Virus record (IMG/VR): IMGVR_UViG_3300045974_000093
Location: 1-34,437 of that record
DNA: 34,437 nt
Strand: one strand, 5' to 3'
Source of the DNA: a virus
Shown: positions 24,760 to 31,988 of the stretch, piece after piece
How the letters are laid out: every line of letters starts with the position of its first letter
Numbering within the stretch: the stretch's first letter is position 1
Made by a program: the position numbers and the translations under genes
The notes under the pieces: model-generated
The model's input: the letters and a program-made list of their open reading frames with translations, nothing else
The model's database searches: none
What the model was told of the DNA's origin: nothing

Positions 24760-26214
24760 TTATTCCTCGCTTAGTCTGCGTCTTGTTTGACGCTCGATCA
24801 TTTCGTTAAATGTCCTGTGCTGCGGGTATCTTGGCTGTTCAGGCTCTTTTGATGCAAAATCCTCTTTCCATGCAATTGCCAACATCCTGAAACTATCTGC
24901 ACAGTGCGACGTAAAATCGTGCCTTGGATGATCTTTGAAACATTTCTTATCATCATCCCACTCTCTTTGATACAATTTTAATAGTTCTACTGCATCTCCG
25001 CAATTTTCTCGATCAAAATAACAACGCGGAAGAATTGCCCTTACTGCCTGAATACCATCCTGAAGGCTCAAACTAGGAACGATTCTAACCTTTTCAGCGC
25101 CAAAAACAGTCCAAGCCTTTTCTTGAATAGACCGACCAGCAGAAGCTAATGTTTTTGCCCTTGCGTCATGCGGGAAAGAAAACTTTCCGTAATTATACTT
25201 TCTTCTATGTTCTAAACTTTCAATTGGCTTTCCAAATACTGGTTTTGCATGAGCTTTTAGTTCCCAGTCATCATTCTCTAACTCATACCCAAATATCTGT
25301 TCAAAATAATGCTTAAGCGACTTTTTGTTTGCGCCATAGTATTCAAGAATGCGCAATTCTCCGCCAATGACCTGATAGAACCATATCCCTGTATCATCCG
25401 TCCATCCCAAATCCCAAGCTGTATGCACTGGGAAATTAGGGTCATGAGGTACGCTTGCAATTTGCCCATGCTTTTCAATTTCTTGTATTTCAGCGCCATA
25501 ATACGCACCTAATACCGCAGCCTCAAATGACACCATGTATTCCTGCTCAAACAATGCCGTGCCTTGATCTATTCCCCATTCCGCAATATACGCCATTTTT
25601 TCAGCGTGTAGCCTTTCAACGCTAATTACACCCGTATCTAATGCTGATAGTTTCTGAGTAAATATGCTTGGGTCTGTCAATCCTGCATTGTAAGTTTTGT
25701 AAGCGTGATTCTTTCCCCTTGGTGTCGTAATGTACATCTGCCATCCGTTATTTTCTGCAAAGATTGGTCTTAAATATGCTCTAGCTGACGGATTAGCTAA
25801 CGCCCATTCAGAAAACACCACGCCAGCAGGAGGAGAACCGACTAACGAATTATAGTTATCACTTCCTAAAACTTGCCATGTTGACCCATTCACAAAACGG
25901 ATCATCATTTCATTATCTTTAGTATTAAGCCTTAATTCATGCGGGAAAGCCTCATCAATTCTTCGCTTACCACTGTGCGGGTTAATAGCTTCCCATATAG
26001 CTTTGCGTGCTTGACTTGCTTCTGGCAACATGTGCCAATACGTAGCTTTACGCTCAAATGCTGCACAAGCTGTCCTATGTAATGCAATCTCATCTTTGCC
26101 TGAGCGACGATGCCAAATCAATTCAGCGTGTTTTCCTCCGTTCTCAAAGTAGTTCCACGCTGCCATTTGATAATCACGAGGACGCCAGCCATTAGGTAGC
26201 GTTATCTTTGCCAT
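24760..26214 (-). CDS. terL: Terminase large subunit
   Basis: Walker A-like WHRRSGKDE near the N-terminus, and an ATPase-plus-nuclease two-domain size (484 aa). Overlaps the TerS gene upstream. Confidence 0.9.
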   Translation of the reverse strand: MAKITLPNGWRPRDYQMAAWNYFENGGKHAELIWHRRSGKDEIALHRTACAAFERKATYWHMLPEASQARKAIWEAINPHSGKRRIDEAFPHELRLNTKDNEMMIRFVNGSTWQVLGSDNYNSLVGSPPAGVVFSEWALANPSARAYLRPIFAENNGWQMYITTPRGKNHAYKTYNAGLTDPSIFTQKLSALDTGVISVERLHAEKMAYIAEWGIDQGTALFEQEYMVSFEAAVLGAYYGAEIQEIEKHGQIASVPHDPNFPVHTAWDLGWTDDTGIWFYQVIGGELRILEYYGANKKSLKHYFEQIFGYELENDDWELKAHAKPVFGKPIESLEHRRKYNYGKFSFPHDARAKTLASAGRSIQEKAWTVFGAEKVRIVPSLSLQDGIQAVRAILPRCYFDRENCGDAVELLKLYQREWDDDKKCFKDHPRHDFTSHCADSFRMLAIAWKEDFASKEPEQPRYPQHRTFNEMIERQTRRRLSEE

Positions 26215-26623
26215 ATCTCACAATTTCAACTGTTACGCCACCAGACTGTTCTACTTCTTGCTTATCGCGCCATTCAGCAGGCCGTCTGTTTTTCAACCAA
26301 AATATTCCCGCTGTTGTATCGGGAGGATAGTACTTGCGAATTGGTGTTTGAACGATCTCACCAGATACCACGCGAATATCAACCTCGTCATGCTCATATC
26401 CGATAGCACGTGAAAACAAAGATCGCTCTACTCGTTCATCTGCTTCAACCTTACCACTTTTTAGGGCGTCGCAAAAATCCGCATTGTCTAATTTCCATCT
26501 ATACAAAGTAGCAACATTTACCTCAAAGAAATCTGCTATTTCTGTATCAGTTGCACCAAGCTTACATAACTTTCTTGTTTGCTCTACAAATTCATCTTTA
26601 TATTTGCTAGGTCGCCCGCGCAT
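26192..26623 (-). CDS. terS: Terminase small subunit
   Basis: MRGRPSKYKDEFVEQTRKLCKLGATDTEIADFFEVNVATLYRWK (HTH), then ...PPDTTAGIFWLKNRRPAEWRDK. This is the classical small-terminase pattern. Confidence 0.85.
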   Translation of the reverse strand: MRGRPSKYKDEFVEQTRKLCKLGATDTEIADFFEVNVATLYRWKLDNADFCDALKSGKVEADERVERSLFSRAIGYEHDEVDIRVVSGEIVQTPIRKYYPPDTTAGIFWLKNRRPAEWRDKQEVEQSGGVTVEIVRYGKDNAT

Positions 26624-26650
26624 TTATCTTCCCCTTGGGTAGCCAAGTTT

Positions 26651-26678
26651 AAAAGAAAAAGCCCCCGTAAAGGAGGCT
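26651..26678 (-). terminator. Rho-independent terminator immediately upstream of terS
   Basis: Minus strand reads AGCCUCC-UUUAC-GGGGGCU followed by UUUUUCUUUU. It lies 27 nt before the terS ATG. Confidence 0.65.
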
Positions 26679-26705
26679 AGTTTAGGCTTTCACCTCTTTT
26701 ATCAT

Positions 26706-26733
26706 TTTATATTAGATAGAGAAATGATGCAAA
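26706..26733 (-). promoter_or_regulatory. Candidate late promoter TTTGCA-16 nt-TATAAA (minus strand)
   Basis: -35 at 26728-26733 and -10 at 26706-26711, read on the minus strand. The terminator stem starts about 28 nt downstream of the -10. Confidence 0.35.
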
Positions 26734-26757
26734 TTTAGTTTAATAACTATTTAATTT

Positions 26758-27015
26758 TTAGTTAAAACAAGATTGATATTTAGATTTCCAAAATTTTTTA
26801 CAGTTTTCCAAAAATTCCTCAACACATCCATTTCTATTTTCTTCATTTCTATTCATTTGCGTTGCTGCGATTCTATTTAAAAACATTTCAGCAGTTCCTA
26901 AAAATTCATTTTCGACTTCAGCAAAAAACTCATGTGATTTTACTTCTAACTCAGAGCTAATGATTCTTTTTGTTAATGCTGATTTATGAATTGCCATTTT
27001 AGTTAATGTAGTCAT
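26758..27015 (-). CDS. Hypothetical AT-rich small protein (85 aa)
   Basis: Start taken at MTTLTKMAIHK, with GGAG 8 nt upstream. The longer 27078 start has no RBS. Confidence 0.45.
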   Translation of the reverse strand: MTTLTKMAIHKSALTKRIISSELEVKSHEFFAEVENEFLGTAEMFLNRIAATQMNRNEENRNGCVEEFLENCKKFWKSKYQSCFN

Positions 27016-27127
27016 GATTTTCTCCGCTAAGTTTTGCTGCGATGTAGTAACTATAAACCACGGGAAAATCATTTGCAAGTTTTATTTCAATTATTTTTAA
27101 TTTCTTTTGCTTGATCTTCCCATTGTT

Positions 27128-27322
27128 TCATTTTAATCTCCTTAATCTTTTACGCTCATCAACAATCGCGCCCCGTAGCGCCTCTTTTTCACTGTCACTT
27201 AGTATTTCTGCATAACCCTTTAAAATATGGCTTGGCGCTTGTGCTAAACGTCTTAAAACGCAACATTCTCTTGTAGCATGTGTTCTGCCTGCGTTCTTTA
27301 AACACCACTCACACCTTTTCAT
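27128..27322 (-). CDS. Small Cys-rich basic protein (64 aa), possible zinc-binding regulator
   Basis: MKRCEWCLKNAGRTHATRECCVLRR (CxxC...CC) and a basic C-terminus. Confidence 0.5.
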   Translation of the reverse strand: MKRCEWCLKNAGRTHATRECCVLRRLAQAPSHILKGYAEILSDSEKEALRGAIVDERKRLRRLK

Positions 27323-27494
27323 CTTCTTTTACTTCCAGCGCTTGATTCGCAAATTGAATCTGTATTGCAGTCAAAGTATTATCTTTTAATTGCTCACGAT
27401 ACTTGATTCGTTTTGCCCATGCTTTGTGGTCACGTCCCGCTTTTGTCAAAAGAGGAAATTTATCATTTACTGTACGAATATCAACCATTTTCAT
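27309..27494 (-). CDS. Hypothetical protein (61 aa)
   Basis: ATGA-type overlap with the upstream gene. No motif recognised. Confidence 0.45.
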   Translation of the reverse strand: MKMVDIRTVNDKFPLLTKAGRDHKAWAKRIKYREQLKDNTLTAIQIQFANQALEVKEDEKV

Positions 27495-28135
27495 ATCCTC
27501 AATTCTAAAAGTAAAGTTTTCAGCTTCTTAGCCGTTTCCGGATTAGGCGCAGCAAGCAACGGATGATTCGTCGCGCCTGACATTTTTAAAATATCGATCT
27601 TTGCTTCTGGCAATGCTTCCATCGCATAATCTATCCCGATTCGTTTCTTTTGCACCGCACTTGATAGCATCGTTACACGGCCATGAAAGTCTGAACCAAA
27701 TGAAGGGAAATAGCGCGGTTTTAAGCCGTTTAATTTTGCTTTGGCTACTACCCTAGCATAGGCATCTTTAAAAGCCATTCTAGCCGCTATAGCATCCCCA
27801 GAATTAAGCAAAGGAGCGGCCACAGACAATGCTTCTGCGATCTCATCGGTCAACAACCCAGATTCATGCTCTGATTTTGGTACGCTTGCCCATGCTTCGT
27901 CCGCGCTCATCCAAACATCATCAGCTTGCGCAAGGCATCCGTTCACAATATCTGCAAGTTGCGGCTTGAATCGGTTTGTAATGATGTAAGTCTGCGCAGA
28001 CTTCGCAACTTGCCCAGCGCCAAAATTCGAAAGAGCGTTCATCCACATTTCAATCTTTTCTGTCGTAAATGGCGCAAGATCATATTCAGTAATAATCAAT
28101 TTTATTGCTTTTGCAATTTCTTGTTTGTTATCCAT
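27491..28135 (-). CDS. Possible replicative-helicase loader (G39P / lambda P-like position)
   Basis: Start MDNKQEIAKAIKL overlaps the O-like stop (ATGGATAA). EIAKAIKLIITEYDLAPFTTEKIEMWMNALSNFGAGQVAKSAQTYIITNRFKPQLADIV resembles the G39P loader N-terminal pattern. It lies directly after the replisome organiser. Confidence 0.45.
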   Translation of the reverse strand: MDNKQEIAKAIKLIITEYDLAPFTTEKIEMWMNALSNFGAGQVAKSAQTYIITNRFKPQLADIVNGCLAQADDVWMSADEAWASVPKSEHESGLLTDEIAEALSVAAPLLNSGDAIAARMAFKDAYARVVAKAKLNGLKPRYFPSFGSDFHGRVTMLSSAVQKKRIGIDYAMEALPEAKIDILKMSGATNHPLLAAPNPETAKKLKTLLLELRI

Positions 28136-28919
28136 GAGCATGTTTCTCCATGTAGGCATCTAACGCATCAAACGTTTTTTGCTGAGCAAAACTTCTGTCA
28201 TTCACCCCGTTTTTCTCAATTAAAATAAAATGATCAACTTTTGCAGCTGTTCGGCAAATTAACTCAATGTCGTCATAGACCGTCTTGCGTTCGTTCTGCC
28301 CTTGAGAAAACGGGTCTATCTTGCAACCGTCAATTGCTTTGCATAACTGTCCAACTGTGTAACCGTCTTTCAATCGTGCCTTGATTGCCTTTTCTCTTTT
28401 GCCATCAAGTTTTGCAAATTCATGGTTGTGCTTCAATTTCCAATAATCGAACACTTCCAAAGTTTCGCTTTGCGGAACAGTGGTTTTAATATTCTTATCT
28501 CTTCTTATCTCTTCTGTATCTGTATCTAGTGCATTTTTGCGTTCTGTTGCGTTCGGTTGCGTTTGCTCTCGTTTTTTCTTCTGTTCTTCCCGAAATATTC
28601 TGCTTCTTTCCGCAGAGCTATCCTCTCGCTTTGGCTGTCTTTTCTCCCAGCCTGTAACATAGTCGCCATCAAGAACGCGACCTTGCATTTCCTCACGAAT
28701 TGCAACAACATTTTCAACATCAAGGTCTAATGCGGTTGCTACGTCTTCATCGCACCAACCTTGCGTTCGTCCGCGTTCGGTTGCGTTCGATGCTGTCGTT
28801 AGCATATGCAAATAAACAGAAATTACATCCCCAATCTTGTTATTCGACTTTCTTGCAATAGTGCGCCATTTTGGATCGTTAACCATATCGACCCACAACC
28901 TGAACCACGGATTTGCCAT
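28128..28919 (-). CDS. Replication initiator / phage replisome organiser (lambda O-like role)
   Basis: N-terminus NPWFRLWVDMVNDPKWRTIARKS...VISVYLHMLTTA (replisome-organiser N-domain pattern). C-terminus EVFDYWKLKHNHEFAKLDGKREKAIKARLKDGYTVGQLCKAIDGC (Phg_2220_C-like). Phased DNA repeats lie inside the linker. Confidence 0.7.
   Translation of the reverse strand: MANPWFRLWVDMVNDPKWRTIARKSNNKIGDVISVYLHMLTTASNATERGRTQGWCDEDVATALDLDVENVVAIREEMQGRVLDGDYVTGWEKRQPKREDSSAERSRIFREEQKKKREQTQPNATERKNALDTDTEEIRRDKNIKTTVPQSETLEVFDYWKLKHNHEFAKLDGKREKAIKARLKDGYTVGQLCKAIDGCKIDPFSQGQNERKTVYDDIELICRTAAKVDHFILIEKNGVNDRSFAQQKTFDALDAYMEKHAHG
28491..28788. repeat. Two clusters of 10-bp-phased TTGCGTTC iterons plus an AT-rich phased tract (candidate origin)
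   Basis: TTGCGTTC or one- to two-mismatch variants start at 28537, 28547, 28557 and at 28761, 28771, 28781. (A/C)TTCTTATCT units start at 28491 and 28501, with related units at 28511 and 28521. Confidence 0.5.
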
Positions 28920-28937
28920 CTTATTTTCCTTTAGACG

Positions 28938-29018
28938 AAAAAAAGGCTTTAAATGCTGTCTCTCCTTAATTGGAGTTGGTCGAACTGGTATAGCGCCAGC
29001 CAGACAGCATTTAAAGCC
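28938..29018 (-). terminator. Long three-way-junction hairpin followed by U7 (terminator/attenuator or small RNA) just upstream of the replication gene
   Basis: A perfect 17-bp closing stem, GGCTTTAAATGCTGTCT (28945-28961) / AGACAGCATTTAAAGCC (29002-29018). It encloses two small hairpins (28962-28975 and 28985-28999). On the minus strand it is followed by UUUUUUU (28938-28944). Confidence 0.5.
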
Positions 29019-29067
29019 CCGCTATAAATTTTTGGCGACCAAGCCAAGTTAAACTATAAAACAAAAA

Positions 29068-29217
29068 TCAAATTCTTACAAGAAGAATAGAAGATTTAAT
29101 CTGCAAATAACTATCCCATGCGTATTCAATAGCAAGAAACCGAGCATATACAAAACAGTCAGTGTCAAACTCGACCGCCCTAGTCTGCCCCATTATCCGA
29201 AAGTAAGCCCGAATCAT
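29068..29217 (-). CDS. Possible 49-aa ORF translationally coupled to the RHH gene
   Basis: ATGA overlap with the RHH stop. Translation: MIRAYFRIMGQTRAVEFDTDCFVYARFLAIEYAWDSYLQIKSSILLVRI. No independent RBS and no motif. Confidence 0.3.
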   Translation of the reverse strand: MIRAYFRIMGQTRAVEFDTDCFVYARFLAIEYAWDSYLQIKSSILLVRI

Positions 29218-29378
29218 TTTTTGGACTCCAGCAGCTTATAAGCGACTTCCAGCGCCTCTCTGATTCCTTTGCTGAGATTTCCATTGCCTAACTTTTCCGC
29301 AATCCTAGCAAGCCTAAAAGTAAGTCGAACATCGTATTTTTGAGCAGGGCAATCCTGTGATTCATCTATTTTTTTCAT
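29214..29378 (-). CDS. Ribbon-helix-helix (Arc/MetJ/CopG-type) DNA-binding protein
   Basis: MKKIDESQDCPAQKYDVRLTFRLARIAEKLGNGNLSKGIREALEVAYKLLESKK has the beta-strand (VRLTFRL) plus two-helix layout of RHH repressors. Start taken at 29378 (AAAGG RBS), not at the longer 29471 start in the track. Confidence 0.65.
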   Translation of the reverse strand: MKKIDESQDCPAQKYDVRLTFRLARIAEKLGNGNLSKGIREALEVAYKLLESKK

Positions 29379-29456
29379 CGTCCGACCTTTGGTTAGTACC
29401 ACGATAAATGAATCACAATGTTTGTGCGCAATTCTACGCGCAAAGGAGTTTTGAGC

Positions 29457-30359
29457 ATGGAAATAAAACAACTGTACGACGATATCAGCGACAAATTACG
29501 AGCGCATGAATACAACGCTCAGAATCGGGCTGAATGGTTAGCAAATGAGATTAACAAACTTAATAGAGGTGAAAAAATGAGCGAAACAGTGAACGATCGA
29601 GTAAATGTGCATCTAGGGGGTCAAGATGGCGGTATGGCAGCACTTGCGCCACTTCTTGCAGCACAAGGCGGTGGTATGGGTCAAAATGGCATGTTGCCGC
29701 TTTTACTGCTGGCCTTGCTTGGGCGTGGCAATGGCGGATTGTTTGGCGGCGGCAATGATGGCGGGTCTGGCGTAAATAACATACAAAGTACAATTGAATC
29801 AGGTAATATCATGTCAGCATTGGGTGATATCAAAGCATCAGTGCCGTTAGCTGAAGCTCAAGTACAGCTTGCATTAGCTGGCGCACAGAACGACATCAAC
29901 AACCAAACACAAGCGCAAACAATCCAACTCCTAAATCAAAACTTTATGGGACAGATTGCGAATCAACAAGCATTTTGCACAACACAACGTGAAATTGCTG
30001 AAACAGCTTGCGCAGTAAAGCAGACAGTAAATGATGACGGTGAAAAAACTCGTTCTTTAATCGGTGCAATTGACCGTGAGAATTTAAATCGCCAGATTCA
30101 AGTATTAGCAAATGAAGTTACAGAACTACGTAACGACAATCGAAGAACAGTAGGTGAAAACGGCATACGAATTGATATGACTAACAATCAGAATCAGCTT
30201 CAAATGCAACAGCAACAACAAGCGCAAGCGATTAATGGCATTGCTCACTTGTTAGCTGATAGTGTTCAAATCGCACGTGCTACTAACCAAGCAATCAATA
30301 TCGGTGGTGGTACATTGACTTCTAATCCAACTAATACAGCTACAAATTTGCGTACTTAA
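29457..30359 (+). CDS. Gly-rich / Gln-Asn-rich protein of unknown function (300 aa; alternative in-frame start at 29577)
   Basis: AAGGAG lies 8 nt upstream of ATG 29457. A second RBS-plus-ATG (GAGGTG...ATG) is at 29577. It has a Gly/Leu/Ala hydrophobic segment (GGMAALAPLLAAQGGGMGQNGMLPLLLLALLGRGNGGLFGGGNDGG), then Q/N-rich helices. It is the only plus-strand gene within the leftward block. Confidence 0.6.
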   Translation: MEIKQLYDDISDKLRAHEYNAQNRAEWLANEINKLNRGEKMSETVNDRVNVHLGGQDGGMAALAPLLAAQGGGMGQNGMLPLLLLALLGRGNGGLFGGGNDGGSGVNNIQSTIESGNIMSALGDIKASVPLAEAQVQLALAGAQNDINNQTQAQTIQLLNQNFMGQIANQQAFCTTQREIAETACAVKQTVNDDGEKTRSLIGAIDRENLNRQIQVLANEVTELRNDNRRTVGENGIRIDMTNNQNQLQMQQQQQAQAINGIAHLLADSVQIARATNQAINIGGGTLTSNPTNTATNLRT

Positions 30360-30365
30360 TAGCAA

Positions 30366-30404
30366 AATGGCTAGTCTCTTATTTGAGCTAGCCATTCTTT
30401 TATT
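30366..30404 (+). terminator. Bidirectional rho-independent terminator
   Basis: AATGGCTAG (30366-30374) / CTAGCCATT (30387-30395), followed by CTTTTATTT. On the minus strand the same stem is followed by UUUUGCU. Confidence 0.6.
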
Positions 30405-30559
30405 TAATCGCGACCCCAAAATGCAACTAAGCTACCTAAAACAATGCAATAAATGTAGCATAAAAATGCTGATATTCCACGATCAAAATTAAATCCACTA
30501 ATCCAAGCGCCCAAACAAATAACCAACGAGACTGCTATAAATATTAAAATAGGTTTCAT
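30404..30559 (-). CDS. Small two-TM membrane protein (51 aa), not in the ORF track
   Basis: GGAGAAATA-ATG. Translation: MKPILIFIAVSLVICLGAWISGFNFDRGISAFLCYIYCIVLGSLVAFWGRD. Confidence 0.45.
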   Translation of the reverse strand: MKPILIFIAVSLVICLGAWISGFNFDRGISAFLCYIYCIVLGSLVAFWGRD

Positions 30560-30574
30560 TATTTCTCCAGTTGT

Positions 30575-31132
30575 TTAAAACCAAACTGCGCGTTTTTCCT
30601 GCCGCTTGGCTTTTTTGTTAAAAATATTTTTCAGTCTAATCAGATACTCTTTGCTATAAACTCTAGACCGTTTTGCATTGTGTAAATATTCTACTTTCTC
30701 CGCGCCTATTCTTTCTATTAGTCTTGGGTAATATTCTGCAATATTCCCACTTAATTGCATGTTGCATCTAACGCAAGACATATGCAAATTCCAAAGGTGA
30801 AAACGTAAAGCGGAATTAGAACCTCTAGATTTTAAATGTGACGCATCGCGTGGCACATCAAATCTATGAGGCGTTCCACAGCTTACGCAAGGCTTACCCC
30901 AATCTCGCCATTTGACGTAAAGATTAACTGCTTTCTGTGCATCGTCTGCGTAATCTTTTGTACTCTTTAGTTTTTCCTTTCTTTCTTTATCCGCTTGCCG
31001 AACCTGCTTTGCTTCTGCGCGCTTCTTTTTTTCTAGCAGCTGAAGTCCAAGAGTTGCGCCACATTCAGGCGAGCAAAAATTTTTGAATGGCAAAGAAGGG
31101 GCGCGACAAATCTTGCATTTTTTAGAGTTCAT
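30575..31132 (-). CDS. ninG: NinG/Rap-family recombination endonuclease
   Basis: Aligns by eye with lambda NinG along its length: FCSPECG (lambda WCSPECG); CVSCGT (CISCGT); SHLKSRGSNSALRFHLWNLHMSCVRCNMQLSGN ([33 protein letters not shown]); RIGAEKVEYL (RIGQEAVDEI). Confidence 0.9.
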   Translation of the reverse strand: MNSKKCKICRAPSLPFKNFCSPECGATLGLQLLEKKKRAEAKQVRQADKERKEKLKSTKDYADDAQKAVNLYVKWRDWGKPCVSCGTPHRFDVPRDASHLKSRGSNSALRFHLWNLHMSCVRCNMQLSGNIAEYYPRLIERIGAEKVEYLHNAKRSRVYSKEYLIRLKNIFNKKAKRQEKRAVWF

Positions 31133-31988
31133 TTTTCAGAACCATTCCAAAATTATTAACTTTTAGCATTTTTTCTGTACATACAATTTTTATTAATTTG
31201 TTTTTTTTAAATTGTGAATAATCTACATGATGATGCCATCTATTAAATTTAAAACTTAGTCTTGCGACATCTGGGTGCAAATCAACAAGCATTTTACTTT
31301 TTGGCAATGTTCCTTCATCATCATAAAAATCTGCGCTATTTCCTCCGCGCATTCGTTGAGTTGTAATTTTCCCGCATAAAAAAGCGTTAAATTGAATCGT
31401 ACAAAGCCCATCTTTTAACACGCGCAAACTTAAATCTGTATCTTCGTTATATCTACCGCGCCAACGATAACCGAAATTGTTTTCAATTAATAAACAAGAA
31501 TAAATTCTTGTATTTAAAACATAAGGAGGAACCTTATCTGTTTTTTTGCAAAATGAATAATAATTGAGACCAGAAACTGGAACATTTTTATATCTATCAA
31601 CAAACTCTTCAGCAGCAGCTAACGTCGATCCTGTTTTTACTTCATATTTTTCATTTCTGTTTAAATAATGAAAAGCATCAATATTGTCATCCATTACCCA
31701 ATGACGCTTAAATCCATTTTTTAACGAATGATCTATGCAAAAATTACGAGCCGCGCCTGGGCCGACACTTTTTGAAAATCCTAAATCATCACAAGTTTCG
31801 TAATTTTCTTTATATGATTCTGGCAATATTAAAATTTCCCCAAAACATCGGCCATTTTTATATAAATCATATTCTGATTTTTCAACAACAATAAAATGAG
31901 AAACACCCATTTCATTTAATGCCCTTGTTGTTAACCCGTTTTTGCTTCGTCCTTTTGACACTATATATATTGGATATTTAGGATTCAT
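31122..31988 (-). CDS. Putative GT-A-like glycosyltransferase (TET/JBP-associated-glycosyltransferase-like); function unverified
   Basis: The ORF itself is secure at 288 aa. It has an N-terminal beta-alpha-beta YPIYIVSKGRSKNGLTTRAL, an acidic WVMDDNID motif and NEDTDLSLR. The family assignment is recalled from memory of phage DNA-glycosyltransferase-like proteins. Confidence 0.45.
   Translation of the reverse strand: MNPKYPIYIVSKGRSKNGLTTRALNEMGVSHFIVVEKSEYDLYKNGRCFGEILILPESYKENYETCDDLGFSKSVGPGAARNFCIDHSLKNGFKRHWVMDDNIDAFHYLNRNEKYEVKTGSTLAAAEEFVDRYKNVPVSGLNYYSFCKKTDKVPPYVLNTRIYSCLLIENNFGYRWRGRYNEDTDLSLRVLKDGLCTIQFNAFLCGKITTQRMRGGNSADFYDDEGTLPKSKMLVDLHPDVARLSFKFNRWHHHVDYSQFKKNKLIKIVCTEKMLKVNNFGMVLKNEL

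Noticed and set aside
28962-29001. GGTCGAACTGG / CCAGTTCGACC inside the long hairpin, and CCGGTTCGTGCGG at 3534-3546, as possible tRNA T-arms
   Set aside because: No 7-bp acceptor stem, D-arm or anticodon arm can be drawn around either, and the lengths and loop sizes do not fit a cloverleaf. No tRNA is called in this window.
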